Shown here piece after piece: positions 34,300 to 43,746 of a stretch of DNA of 64,000 nt. Below the pieces are notes generated by a model that saw nothing but the letters and a program-made list of their open reading frames with translations, was not told the DNA's origin and searched no databases. The stretch spans positions 45,662 through 109,661 of the forward strand of contig JBDRCB010000006.1 in the NCBI GenBank assembly GCA_043822125.1, given 5' to 3'. Origin of the DNA: an archaeon. Lineage in GTDB: Archaea > Nanobdellota > Nanobdellia > Pacearchaeales > GW2011-AR1. The number at the start of each line of letters is the position of its first letter. Position 1 is the first letter of the stretch. Both the position numbers and the translations under genes were made by a program.

Positions 34300-35097
34300 T
34301 TATTTAATTAAACTGCATTTTTTACAGATAATATTTCTCGACGGCTCTCCGCAGGTTTCACAGTAATTAACTTTTGATTTTTCTCTTTTTATTTTTTTGG
34401 ATAACTCGGTAAAATTTTTTATCATATTTTCTTTTTCTTTGTCAGTTAACCCCCAAAAAAAGTTTCTCACTTCAACTCTGTAAGTTTCTCTTCTATACGG
34501 ACAGATTTTCTTTACAATCGGAAGTTTCTTTTCTATGCAGAATTTTTCAATTTCTTTTTCTTTGACAAAAAATAATGGTTTTATTTTAATAGCAAATTTT
34601 TTGTCTTTTATTTTTAGGATAGGGCCAAAATTCACATTCAGCTTAGGACTTCCTTTTAAGATGTTCATAAAAAATGTCTGCAGTTCATCTTCTTTATGGT
34701 GTCCAGTTGCAATTTTGTCCGCCTTCAGTTCTCTTGTCTTTTTATTTAGAATCCATTTTTTAAAAACCCCACACATTGTGCAGCTGCTTAATCTCCTTTC
34801 TTTATTTTCTTTGAAAATTTTTAGCATTGTTTTCCCTGTTTCATCTTTGACATAATATTCATATAATTTTATTCCAAGTTTCTCACACAATTTTTTTACT
34901 GCTTTAGAACTCTCTTCACTATACTCTCCCAATCCAAGATTTACATGAATCCCCTCTATATTATATCCAAACTTTTTCAACACAAATGCAAGAACAGCAG
35001 AATCCTTGCCCCCTGAAAGTGCGACGAGAATTTTATCTTTTTTATCAAGCAGTTTATACTTTTGAATTGTTTTTTGTATTTGTGATTCTATGTTCAT
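34300..35097 (-). CDS. PP-loop ATPase, TtuA/Ncs6/TtcA-like tRNA 2-thiolation protein
   Basis: LVALSGGKDSAV PP-loop, central CTMCG, and C-terminal CETCGEPSRNIICKKC. Confidence 0.7.
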   Translation of the reverse strand: MNIESQIQKTIQKYKLLDKKDKILVALSGGKDSAVLAFVLKKFGYNIEGIHVNLGLGEYSEESSKAVKKLCEKLGIKLYEYYVKDETGKTMLKIFKENKERRLSSCTMCGVFKKWILNKKTRELKADKIATGHHKEDELQTFFMNILKGSPKLNVNFGPILKIKDKKFAIKIKPLFFVKEKEIEKFCIEKKLPIVKKICPYRRETYRVEVRNFFWGLTDKEKENMIKNFTELSKKIKREKSKVNYCETCGEPSRNIICKKCSLIK

Positions 35098-35308
35098 GAA
35101 GGATAAAAGAAAATTGTGTTTTAAAAACTACCTTTACATTATATTCGTTAATTAGAAGAAAAGCCAGATTCTTATAAGATAATAAACTAAAGTAAATTTT
35201 TAAATGTTTTTACAGTTTACATTGTTAAATTATTCATGATTTCCCATTAACTTCAATCTCATTTGAACTTTTCGTTTTATTTATAAATATGATATTCTTG
35301 TATAAAAT

Positions 35309-35899
35309 ATGACAAGTAAAAAATACATTATAGTTTCAATAGAGGATGAAAAAATAAAATCTCTTGCAGAAGTTCTTGGAAACAAAACCTGCAAAAAAAT
35401 AATTGATTTTCTTTCAGAAACAAATGAAGCAAGTGAAAAAGACATTTCAGATAAATTGAATATACCCTTAAACACAGCAGAATATAATTTAAGGAAATTA
35501 GTTGATGCTAAATTAGTTGAAAAATCAAAAAATTTTTTCTGGAGTAGAAAAGGAAAGAAAATTATAATGTATAAGCTTTCAAATAAATCAATTATTATCT
35601 CTCCGAAATCAAAAATATTTTCAAGTATAAAAACAATTGTCCCTGTTGCACTTATTTCAGGACTTGCTTCAGTTACAATAAGACAGTATTTTGAATTTAA
35701 AAAAAATCTCGCATTTTCCGAGGATGCAGTGCAGAGAAGCGTGGATTATTCAGGGATAATGTCAGAAGCAGTTCCAAAAACAGCAGACACTCTTTTAACA
35801 ATAAATACTTCAGGTATTTGGCTATGGTTTCTTGCAGGAGCTTTGTTCGCATTATTAGTCATTTCAATAATAAATTTGAAAGGAGGTAAAAATGAATAA
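35309..35899 (+). CDS. Winged-helix (ArsR-like) domain protein with C-terminal TM segments
   Basis: The N-terminal KTCKKIIDFLSETNEASEKDISDKLNIPLNTAEYNLRKLVDAKLVE is HTH-like. Hydrophobic segments lie near the C-terminus. Confidence 0.5.
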   Translation: MTSKKYIIVSIEDEKIKSLAEVLGNKTCKKIIDFLSETNEASEKDISDKLNIPLNTAEYNLRKLVDAKLVEKSKNFFWSRKGKKIIMYKLSNKSIIISPKSKIFSSIKTIVPVALISGLASVTIRQYFEFKKNLAFSEDAVQRSVDYSGIMSEAVPKTADTLLTINTSGIWLWFLAGALFALLVISIINLKGGKNE

Positions 35900-36641
35900 A
35901 AAAGCTATGCAAAATTCTGTGCAGATAACTTTGATAATCGTCGCCGGAGCAATTCTTCTTAGTCTTATAGGATACTATGCGTTTGCTTCAAACTCTTCGA
36001 GCAATACAATAAATGTGCAGGGATATTCAGAAATCGACGCGACTCCTGATTTGGCGACAGTTTATTTTAATGTCCAGACAAAAGGAGATACAAGTGAGGA
36101 AGCAACTCAGAAAAATTCTGAAATCGTCGATGATTTAATAACAAAGCTAGTTGTTCAAGGTTTTGAAAGAAAAGACATCCAGACCCAAGGTTTCAATGTT
36201 TATCCTGATTATGAGTGGGTGAATAATCAGAGGAGAGAAAAAGGATATGTAGCAACTCACTCCTTGAGATTAGAAATGCCAGCATCAGAATCAAGCAAGA
36301 TTGGAAAGGCGATTGATGTAGGAGTTGAAGCCGGTGCAGGAATAAACTATATAAATTTTGAACTGACTCAGGAAAAGGAAAATGAATTGAAAGCAGAAGC
36401 CATAGCTCTCGCAGCTCAGGACGCGAAGATAAAAGCAGAATCAGTTGCTGGAGGATTAGGAAAAAAAGTTGGGAAGCTTGTTTCAGTTTCAGTTAATGAA
36501 TGGAGATATAGTCCATGGATAGCATATTCTGGTTCAGGAGTTGCAGAAGATGCAGCACTTGCAAAAGAAGCATCAACGACAATCCAGCCATCAGAGCAGA
36601 AAGTGACTGCAACAGTTTCAGCAGTTTTCAGGATAAAATAA
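35892..36641 (+). CDS. SIMPL (DUF541) domain protein
   Basis: N-terminal TM then INVQGYSEIDATPDLATVYFNVQTKGDTSEEA, typical of SIMPL/DUF541 family starts. Confidence 0.65.
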   Translation: MNKKAMQNSVQITLIIVAGAILLSLIGYYAFASNSSSNTINVQGYSEIDATPDLATVYFNVQTKGDTSEEATQKNSEIVDDLITKLVVQGFERKDIQTQGFNVYPDYEWVNNQRREKGYVATHSLRLEMPASESSKIGKAIDVGVEAGAGINYINFELTQEKENELKAEAIALAAQDAKIKAESVAGGLGKKVGKLVSVSVNEWRYSPWIAYSGSGVAEDAALAKEASTTIQPSEQKVTATVSAVFRIK

Positions 36642-36777
36642 TTTTTATTTTTTATTAATTTTATATACTATAAATTTTTTGCAGTCCAGTTATATCTGCC
36701 GACTCTAAACTTCTTTTAGAAATTTCTCCTTCATTGGAATTTTCTCTTTTCATATTTTATGTAAATTTTTAATTTGC

Positions 36778-37167
36778 TTAAAGATTTTTGTTTTTTCTAT
36801 AATCTTCAATCGCCAGCTTCAGTGCATCACTCGCTAAATTAGAGCAGTGCATTTTCAAAGGCGGAAGTCCTTCTAATGAATCTGCAACATCTTTTCTTGT
36901 TATTTTCTTAGCATCTTTTAATTTTTTTCCTTTAGCCAGCTGTGTAATCATCGACGACGTGGCAATAGCAGCAGCACACCCGAATGTTTTGAATTTTATA
37001 TCTCTAATAATTTCCTCGTTATCTTTATCCTTCCCAACTTTAATATAAACCCACATAATATCGCCACACACAGGGTTTCCAATTTTTCCAACTCCATCTG
37101 GATTTTTCATCTCTCCCATGTTCTTCGGGTGCATAAAATTCTGCATGACTTTTTTTGAGTATTTCAT
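36778..37167 (-). CDS. iscU: Fe-S cluster scaffold protein IscU/NifU-like
   Basis: NPVCGDIMWVYI, FKTFGCAAAIATSS and MHCSNLA supply the three conserved cysteines. Confidence 0.85.
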   Translation of the reverse strand: MKYSKKVMQNFMHPKNMGEMKNPDGVGKIGNPVCGDIMWVYIKVGKDKDNEEIIRDIKFKTFGCAAAIATSSMITQLAKGKKLKDAKKITRKDVADSLEGLPPLKMHCSNLASDALKLAIEDYRKNKNL

Positions 37168-37466
37168 TTCCTCTTAGGATTCTTAACAAATTCCCTAAAT
37201 TTTTTTATAGGTCCTTTTTTATCTCCCTTCCCAAACTCCCAACCCATATGATTTCTGAATTTATCTTTTTCTATGTCATTTAATTTTTTAACTAATCTCT
37301 CAATTTCCTCGTCGGAAAATCCATGCGCCTTGCACCCATCTTCCAGAGTCTCCTGCTGAGCCATAGGGCACCCTACACAACCCATTCCAGATTCAAATAA
37401 GATTTCAGCTACTTCTGGTTTTTCTTGCAAGACTTTATTTAATTTTGTTTTCTGTGTTATTTTCAT
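37164..37466 (-). CDS. DUF1858-like redox-disulfide domain protein
   Basis: GMGCVGCPMAQQETLEDGCKAHG resembles the hybrid-cluster-protein-associated disulfide domain. The start was placed at the second ATG. Confidence 0.5.
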   Translation of the reverse strand: MKITQKTKLNKVLQEKPEVAEILFESGMGCVGCPMAQQETLEDGCKAHGFSDEEIERLVKKLNDIEKDKFRNHMGWEFGKGDKKGPIKKFREFVKNPKRK

Positions 37467-37468
37467 TT

Positions 37469-37570
37469 TTAACATTCACAACAGCAACACTTACATTCTG
37501 GTTTGCATATGCATGGCTCACATTCACAGCAACTGCAGACTTTTTCTGATTTTGTTTTTTTCTTTTCCAT
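37469..37570 (-). CDS. Unannotated 33-aa cysteine-rich peptide MEKKKTKSEKVCSCCECEPCICKPECKCCCCEC
   Basis: Hand translation of the minus strand. The ATG is 2 nt after the nifS stop, and the TAA is directly before the next gene. 12 of 33 residues are Cys. Confidence 0.45.
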   Translation of the reverse strand: MEKKKTKSEKVCSCCECEPCICKPECKCCCCEC

Positions 37571-37572
37571 TT

Positions 37573-38742
37573 TTAACCTCCTGTATTCAATTTAATAGGA
37601 CTTAACATCCTCAACTTATTTACCATAGACGGCAAAACTTTTAAAAAATAATCAATTTCTTCATCTGTTGTGAATTTGCTTATTGAAATTCTTATTGAAC
37701 TGTTTGCTTGAATTGGTGTTAAGCCAATTGCTTTCAAAATATGACTAGTCATTAGAGAATGTGATGCACATGCACTTCCTGTAGAAACAATTACTCCTTT
37801 CTGTTCTAAATAACCTGTAATAGCTTCTCCTTCTATATTGTTGAATGATACATTAATATTATTACATAATCTCTTTTCCCCTCGTGGCCCATTTAATTTT
37901 GTATTTGGTGTCTGCAAAATTCCTTCAATTAATATATCTCTTAATTTTTTCATTTTCTCAATACTTTCTTTATTTGCTATTTCAACAGCTTTAGCAAATC
38001 CTACGATTCCAGAAACATTTTCTGTTCCGCTCCGCAATTTTCTCTCATGCCCTCCTCCATGAAAAAATGGAGAAATTTTTACTCCCTCACGAATATACAA
38101 AACACCAACTCCTTTTGGGCCGTGAATTTTATGACTGTTTAAAGTAACTAAATCTAAATTCATTTTTTTTACATCTAATTCTGTTTTTGTAAAACTCTGG
38201 CACGCGTCTGTATGAAATAAAACTTTTTTTTCCCTGCAGATTTTCCCGATTTTTTCAAAATCCTGTATTGTCCCTACCTCATTGTTGCCTTGAATTACCG
38301 AAACAACAAATGTTTTCTCAGTAACTGAATTTTTCAACTGCTCTATATCTACAAAACCCTCGCTGTCAACATCTAAATAGGTTATTTTAGCTCCTTGTTT
38401 CTCCAGCCATTTGCATGTATTTAGAATGCAGTCATGCTCAATTTTAGTTGTTATAATATGATTTTTCCCTGTGTTATTTTCTTTGTTCCAGAAAAACAAA
38501 CCCTTCAAAGCCCAGTTATTTGATTCTGTTCCTCCTGAAGTAAAATAAATTTCAGATGTTTTTGCACCAATTGACTTCGCAATTATTTTCCTCGATTTAT
38601 CCAAAGCATTTTTTGCTTCCTGTCCTTTCATATGAACAGATGAGGCATTACCAAACTCTTCAGTAAAATAAGGTAACATTTCTTCCAAAACCTTTTCATC
38701 AACTTTTGTCGTCGCTGCATTGTCGAAATATATAGTTTTCAT
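37573..38742 (-). CDS. nifS: Cysteine desulfurase (NifS/IscS class)
   Basis: TSGGTESNN, the PLP-lysine context SHKIHGPKGVG, and the active-site loop GSACAS. Confidence 0.9.
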   Translation of the reverse strand: MKTIYFDNAATTKVDEKVLEEMLPYFTEEFGNASSVHMKGQEAKNALDKSRKIIAKSIGAKTSEIYFTSGGTESNNWALKGLFFWNKENNTGKNHIITTKIEHDCILNTCKWLEKQGAKITYLDVDSEGFVDIEQLKNSVTEKTFVVSVIQGNNEVGTIQDFEKIGKICREKKVLFHTDACQSFTKTELDVKKMNLDLVTLNSHKIHGPKGVGVLYIREGVKISPFFHGGGHERKLRSGTENVSGIVGFAKAVEIANKESIEKMKKLRDILIEGILQTPNTKLNGPRGEKRLCNNINVSFNNIEGEAITGYLEQKGVIVSTGSACASHSLMTSHILKAIGLTPIQANSSIRISISKFTTDEEIDYFLKVLPSMVNKLRMLSPIKLNTGG

Positions 38743-39230
38743 TTTAATGGCTTTAACATTTTAATTTTAAAATATTTAAATTTATTTTTAACACAAAATT
38801 TTTCAGCAAGTTTATTTCCATATACAAATTCCCATTGAATAAATTCTGTTTTATTTATGCCAGCCCACTTTTCAATTTCCTTAAAAAGTTTTCTTCCTAT
38901 TTCCTTCCTTTTTTGTTTAGAATAAATATCTACTATTTCAATAACTTTCTTATTTGTCTTACTTTCTTTTGGAGATAATATTTCTGCCTGAATAAATCCC
39001 AATAATTTTTCACTATCTTCTGCAACTAAGAACATTCTTCTAGGATTCGTTTTAATTATATTTTTTAAATCTCTTTTTAACTTTTTTCTATCAATCTTAG
39101 GTCTTTTTTTGTAAACAAATCTCCCAAACTTATTTGTATAACTTAGAAATTCAAAATATAATTCTACAACCTCATCCAAATCCCTCATCTTAACTTTTCT
39201 TATTTTTATCACTTTCCACACCCCTTGCAT
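38739..39230 (-). CDS. GNAT family N-acetyltransferase
   Basis: The acetyl-CoA-binding-like segment KQKRKEIGRKLFKEIEKWA fits the GNAT length and layout. It has a 4-nt overlap with nifS. Confidence 0.6.
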   Translation of the reverse strand: MQGVWKVIKIRKVKMRDLDEVVELYFEFLSYTNKFGRFVYKKRPKIDRKKLKRDLKNIIKTNPRRMFLVAEDSEKLLGFIQAEILSPKESKTNKKVIEIVDIYSKQKRKEIGRKLFKEIEKWAGINKTEFIQWEFVYGNKLAEKFCVKNKFKYFKIKMLKPLK

Positions 39231-39514
39231 TTCCCGTCGCAGAATTTATCAGCGTGTTTGTCAATTAACCTCAGCATAGGAACAATTGTTTTTTTGTTTA
39301 AAAAATAAATTCTCTGTTTTCCTTTTTGTTTTACCTGAACAATATTGCAGCACCTCAAAGAAGCCAATGCATGAGAGATTTTACTCTGCTCAATTTTCAA
39401 TTCTTTTACCAATCCACCAACACTTTTTTCTTTTCCACTTAGAGAGGAAACTATTTTTATCCTTAACGGATTTGCAAGATTGCTGAAAAAGATATGATAT
39501 GTAGATGAATTCAT
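39209..39514 (-). CDS. ArsR/SmtB family transcriptional regulator with a Cys-rich C-terminus
   Basis: LANPLRIKIVSSL..SVGGLVKELKIEQSKISHALASLRCCNIV is a wHTH. The C-terminus is CDGKCKGCGK. Confidence 0.75.
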   Translation of the reverse strand: MNSSTYHIFFSNLANPLRIKIVSSLSGKEKSVGGLVKELKIEQSKISHALASLRCCNIVQVKQKGKQRIYFLNKKTIVPMLRLIDKHADKFCDGKCKGCGK

Positions 39515-39558
39515 ATGAAAAATAATTCATAAGAATATTTAAATGTTTCTATAGAAAA

Positions 39559-41181
39559 TTACTTCTTTTTATTTTTAATAGCTCTAAATCCCTCCCAGGA
39601 AACGATAAATGCAAGACAAATCAAAGCAAATGAAATTATTAATAAAACCCAATCGCCTGTGAAAAAATATCCGTTTTTATTGAAAATTCCCCATACCAAC
39701 GCAGAAATTGTGGTAGAAATCATAAACAGCGAAGGGAAAATAAGAAATTTAATTTTTTGTTTATGCTCTACTAAATAAGCAGAAATTGTAATAAGTGCAA
39801 TTGCCGCGATTAACTGATTTGCACTGCCGAACATTCTCCAAATATTTGCGTAGCTGTTTGTTATTGCAAGAATATAAGCAGGAATTACAGAGATTAATAC
39901 AGCCACAATTTTTTTCTTAAAGATTTTACTCTTTAAATTTTCAGAAACAACCATTCTTGACAAACGCGCTGAAGTATCCAGCGAGGTTAAGATAAACTGG
40001 TTTACCATAAATGCGCCTATTAAACTTGCAATTGAAAAAGTCAGGAAAGGAATTTCGAGCTTGGAAATTAAGTTTCCAAAACCATTTCCAAATGCAATTA
40101 TCCAGCTGTTGTTTAAAGAATCTATGAAATTAAGTTCCCCTGAATTCCATGCAAGAGTTGAAACTAAAATTACTACGAGTAGTGCTAAAATACCTTCAGC
40201 AATCATGCCACCATATCCTATAAATCTTCCATGCCTCTCGTCAGAAAGCTGTTTTGAAGTTGTTCCTGATGCAACAAGAGAATGAAAACCTGACACAGCC
40301 CCGCATGCAACTGTAATAAAAAGAATCGGCCACATTGGAAAATTTCCTGAAATCACCGACGGAGAGTTAATAACCGGCTTGACTATTAGTACTGCTAAAA
40401 ACCCGAAAAATAAAAATAAAATAAGCTGAATAGAACTCAAATAATCCCTTGGTTGCAGAAAAACCCATACAGGAATCAGAGAAGCAACAGCACCGTAGCT
40501 TATTAAAATTGTAATCCAGATAATCCTAGAAACAGCTTCTGAAAATGGAAGAGTTATTGGGACTTTATATCCGATATACATAAAAAGAAATGCAAAAATA
40601 AGAGCAATGAAACTTGAGACAATCACATTTGTTTTATATCTGTAAACAGAAATCCCAAGTGCAACAGCAATAAAAGAAATCGCAATAATCGGAATCACCA
40701 AACTCGGCTGTGCAATAATGCTGTCAGCAGCAGAGACAGAAAAAACAGTCACAATCAGCACAAGGGTAATCCAAATCATCAAGGCAAAAATTTTCCCTGA
40801 TTTTTTGTTAAGACTTTTTTCTGTAAGTTTTGAAATTCCCTCTGCTTTATTTCTTACAGACAGCATCAGAGAAAAATAATCATGAACAGCGCCGATGAAA
40901 ATCGTTCCGAAAATAATCCACAGCGATGTTACTGCCCACCCAAAATAACTAACAGCAAGAATCGGGCCTATAATAGGGCCTGCACCTGCAATTGACGCAA
41001 AATGATGTCCGAACAGAAAAAATTTATTTGCAGGATAATAATCTGTTTTGTCTTTATTCAGAACAGCAGGAGTTTTTTTCGAAGTCGGCTTGATTTTTTT
41101 TTCAATAAATCTTCCATAAAAATAATAATTTCCAATCAGAAAAATTAGTCCTGCAACAGCAAGTAAAACAGCATTCACCAT
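39559..41181 (-). CDS. cstA: Carbon starvation protein CstA family transporter
   Basis: FGHHFASIAGAGPIIGPILA motif in a polytopic membrane protein of 540 aa. Confidence 0.85.
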   Translation of the reverse strand: MVNAVLLAVAGLIFLIGNYYFYGRFIEKKIKPTSKKTPAVLNKDKTDYYPANKFFLFGHHFASIAGAGPIIGPILAVSYFGWAVTSLWIIFGTIFIGAVHDYFSLMLSVRNKAEGISKLTEKSLNKKSGKIFALMIWITLVLIVTVFSVSAADSIIAQPSLVIPIIAISFIAVALGISVYRYKTNVIVSSFIALIFAFLFMYIGYKVPITLPFSEAVSRIIWITILISYGAVASLIPVWVFLQPRDYLSSIQLILFLFFGFLAVLIVKPVINSPSVISGNFPMWPILFITVACGAVSGFHSLVASGTTSKQLSDERHGRFIGYGGMIAEGILALLVVILVSTLAWNSGELNFIDSLNNSWIIAFGNGFGNLISKLEIPFLTFSIASLIGAFMVNQFILTSLDTSARLSRMVVSENLKSKIFKKKIVAVLISVIPAYILAITNSYANIWRMFGSANQLIAAIALITISAYLVEHKQKIKFLIFPSLFMISTTISALVWGIFNKNGYFFTGDWVLLIISFALICLAFIVSWEGFRAIKNKKK

Positions 41182-41206
41182 ATTTTATTATTGAAAAAGA
41201 GGAGTG

Positions 41207-41422
41207 TTATTTAAAGGTTTTTAAATTAAGATACTCTATATTGTCCGAAATATAATTCTTAGTCCTCTTTGCAAAATAAGATAATAATTCTCCAGAAAGA
41301 GTTGTGGCGACATTAAATATAGCCAATCTCCTCATTCCAGGAGGAAAATTAACTATATAATCTATATGTAGACGAACTAAAACAGGATGTTCGCATAATT
41401 TTTCTAAAAAATTAATAGTCAT
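41207..41422 (-). CDS. Hypothetical 71-aa protein
   Basis: ORF only. No family recognised. Confidence 0.3.
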   Translation of the reverse strand: MTINFLEKLCEHPVLVRLHIDYIVNFPPGMRRLAIFNVATTLSGELLSYFAKRTKNYISDNIEYLNLKTFK

Positions 41423-41454
41423 ATTCTAATAATTGTTTTAATTTGTATTTAAAA

Positions 41455-41525
41455 TGGGGACAGAGGGAATCGAACCCCCATCAACTGGTCTGGAGCCAGC
41501 CGGTTTACCACTAACCTATGCCCCC
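41455..41525 (-). tRNA. tRNA-Trp (anticodon CCA), no intron
   Basis: GGGGGCATAGGTTAGTGGTAAACCGGCTGGCTCCAGACCAGTTGATGGGGGTTCGATTCCCTCTGTCCCCA. The acceptor stem GGGGGCA/TGTCCCC has one G-U pair. The anticodon loop is CTCCAGA. Confidence 0.85.
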
Positions 41526-41561
41526 GATAAATTTGATTTATCTCAAAATATGATAGAATCT

Positions 41562-41878
41562 TTATTTTTTAAATCTGTCCTTGTCTCGTATTTTATATTT
41601 TTCCATAACTCTTTCAAACGCTTCACTCAAATAAATATCCTGAGAATTACAAAAACAAATTAAAGTAAAAAGAACATCACCAATTTATTTTATCATTTCT
41701 TCTCTGCTTTCAGACTCTCCTTGTTTCATATGTCTGTCTCCATAGCGATTGTTTATTACCCTCGCTAATTCGCCTGTTTCTTCAGCCAGTCCAATGCTTA
41801 GTGGTTCAAAATACGGCTTTTCAGGACTCACTCTCTTACCCATTCGTCGACAATCTTTTGCATTTCAAGAACATCCAT
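41562..41878 (-). pseudogene. MazG-like nucleotide pyrophosphohydrolase pseudogene (one frameshift, one in-frame TAA)
   Basis: MDVLEMQKIVDEWVRE* then, in another frame, SPEKPYFEPLSIGLAEETGELARVINNRYG...EEMIK*IGDVLFTLICFCNSQDIYLSEAFERVMEKYKIRDK. The EExGE and IGDVLF motifs are MazG-like. Confidence 0.6.
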
Positions 41879-41923
41879 AAAAATTTAAGGAATATTTATT
41901 AATATAGTTTTCTATGTTTTAAT

Positions 41924-42292
41924 ATGCAAGTCCTAATAGATACAAATTTCCTTGTAGTATGTGCAAAACAGAAAATAGATTTATTTGAAGAGCTGAAACT
42001 TATGGGTTTTGAAGTTTTAATTTCAGAGCAGGTGATTAATGAGCTAAAAAAAATCGCAAACTCAAAACAAAAACTTCATTCCCGTCAGGCAGCAGAACTT
42101 GCACTGAAGATTTTAAGAAAAAACAAATTCAAAAAAATTTCCATAAGTGGAAAATACGTCGACAAAGCAATTATAAATTATGCTGATAAAAATCCTAGCA
42201 CAGCAATAGCTACAATTGACAAGGAACTAAAAGGGAAAATAAAAAATAAAAAGATTATAATAAGAAATAAAAAAAGGCTAGAGGTAATATAA
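41924..42292 (+). CDS. PIN-domain nuclease (Fcf1/Utp24-like)
   Basis: VLIDTNFLV at the N-terminus and ATIDKELKGKI near the C-terminus fit the acidic PIN residues. Confidence 0.65.
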   Translation: MQVLIDTNFLVVCAKQKIDLFEELKLMGFEVLISEQVINELKKIANSKQKLHSRQAAELALKILRKNKFKKISISGKYVDKAIINYADKNPSTAIATIDKELKGKIKNKKIIIRNKKRLEVI

Positions 42293-42359
42293 GATATTTA
42301 CTATCTAAACAAATTTGCAGGATAACCTTTAAAAACCGATTTTTACTTTATTTTTCAGA

Positions 42360-42971
42360 ATGTTTTATGTAATTGAAGTTGAGGATTATGTAAGAGTCGA
42401 GCCGAAATTATTCGGACTGCCTACTCAGGAAGCTGTTGAGCAGCAGTTAAAGGAAAGTTACAATGATTATTACAACAAAGAACTAGGGAAAGTTGTAGCA
42501 GTGATTGAAATTTTGGAAATTGGAAAGGGAGTTATAATTCCTGGAGACGGTGCAGCATATTATCATTCTAAATTCAAGCTGTTAATATGGAAGCCAGAAC
42601 TGCAGGAAATTATTTATGGGATAATTTCAGAAATGACAAATTTCGGAGCATTTATTGACATGGGTGCGATGCGCGGGATGATTCACATAAGCCAAACTAT
42701 GAATGATTATGTAAGTTTCAGTAAGACAAATTCTTTTTTAGGCAAGGTTTCAAAAAGAAATTTAAAATTAGGAGATTTATGCTTCGCGAGAGTTGTTTCA
42801 GTAAGCCACAAAGGCGAAGAGCCAAAAATTGGCTTAACAATGAGACAGCCTGGACTGGGAAAATTAGAATGGATAAAAGAAGATAAATCCAAAAAACAAA
42901 AAGAAATAATTAAAGCTGCCAAAGCAGAGGAAAAAGAAGCAAAAGGAAAAAAAAGAGGAAAGAAGAAATAA
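42360..42971 (+). CDS. rpoE: DNA-directed RNA polymerase subunit E-prime (Rpb7-like, S1 domain)
   Basis: MFYVIEVEDYVRVEPKLFG..., the S1 segment GIISEMTNFGAFIDMGAMRGMIHISQ, and the conserved rpoE-spt4-rps24e-rps27ae order. Confidence 0.85.
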   Translation: MFYVIEVEDYVRVEPKLFGLPTQEAVEQQLKESYNDYYNKELGKVVAVIEILEIGKGVIIPGDGAAYYHSKFKLLIWKPELQEIIYGIISEMTNFGAFIDMGAMRGMIHISQTMNDYVSFSKTNSFLGKVSKRNLKLGDLCFARVVSVSHKGEEPKIGLTMRQPGLGKLEWIKEDKSKKQKEIIKAAKAEEKEAKGKKRGKKK

Positions 42972-42976
42972 TTAAA

Positions 42977-43168
42977 ATGCCAAAACAAAAAGCCTGCAAA
43001 ATATGCAATAAAATTTATGAGACAGAAGAAAAGTGCCCTCGGTGCGAGTCAAAAGAATCAACAGAAGGATTTAAGGGCAGAGTTGTTGTTCTTAATTCTG
43101 AGAAATCAGAAATTGCACAGAAATTAAAAATAAAAGACAAGGGAAATTTCGCGATTAAAACAAGGTAG
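42977..43168 (+). CDS. spt4: Transcription elongation factor Spt4 (RpoE-double-prime)
   Basis: CKICNKIY..CPRC zinc ribbon. 63 aa, in the conserved position. Confidence 0.8.
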   Translation: MPKQKACKICNKIYETEEKCPRCESKESTEGFKGRVVVLNSEKSEIAQKLKIKDKGNFAIKTR

Positions 43169-43175
43169 TTCTAAG

Positions 43176-43529
43176 ATGGAATTAAAAATTACAAAGGAAA
43201 AAGAAAATCCTCTATTTAACAGAAAAGAAATAATAGCAGAAATTTACTCAGAAACAGCACCGAGCAGAGAGAGTGTTATAAATCTTTTAGCTGAAAAATT
43301 TTCTGTTAATCCAGAAGTGATAAAAATAAAAAAAATTCTCGGGAAATTTGGCTCAAAAACTTTTGAACTTTCTGCAAATATATATTCTTCCAAAGAGGAA
43401 AAAGATTCTATTGAATTAAAAAAGAAAAAGGAAGCTGAGCTTGAAAAAAAATCCACAGAAGAATCTACAGAACCTTCTTCAGAACAAGAACAATCTGAAG
43501 AGCAAATAAAAGAAGAAAAAGAAATTTAA
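43176..43529 (+). CDS. rps24e: Ribosomal protein eS24
   Basis: ENPLFNRKEIIAEIYSETAPSRESV...KFGSKTFELSANIYSS is typical of eS24. It has an acidic tail. Confidence 0.85.
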   Translation: MELKITKEKENPLFNRKEIIAEIYSETAPSRESVINLLAEKFSVNPEVIKIKKILGKFGSKTFELSANIYSSKEEKDSIELKKKKEAELEKKSTEESTEPSSEQEQSEEQIKEEKEI

Positions 43530-43530
43530 A

Positions 43531-43746
43531 ATGGGAAAAAAGAAAAAATCAAAAAAGAAAGGCAAGAAACCACATAAGAACAAACCTACAAGCAAAAAAT
43601 ACAGCAAATATACTATTGAAGGAAATTCAGTTAAGAGAGAGAAAATCTGTCCTCGTTGCGGTCCTGGTGTTTTTCTGATGAAAGCAAAAGACAGAGTTTA
43701 CTGCGGAAAATGTCATTATTCTGAATTTGAGAGAGGAGAAAAATAA
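43531..43746 (+). CDS. rps27ae: Ribosomal protein eS31 (S27ae)
   Basis: Basic N-terminus and CPRCGPGVFLMKAKDRVYCGKC zinc ribbon. Confidence 0.85.
   Translation: MGKKKKSKKKGKKPHKNKPTSKKYSKYTIEGNSVKREKICPRCGPGVFLMKAKDRVYCGKCHYSEFERGEK

Noticed and set aside
41454-41663. A 69-aa plus-strand ORF.
   Set aside because: Its first 70 nt are the antisense of tRNA-Trp. The rest overlaps the MazG-like pseudogene on the other strand.
41688-41696. The in-frame TAA in the MazG-like gene as evidence of stop-codon reassignment.
   Set aside because: TAA terminates many clearly complete genes in this window. The same gene also carries a frameshift, so decay is the simpler explanation.
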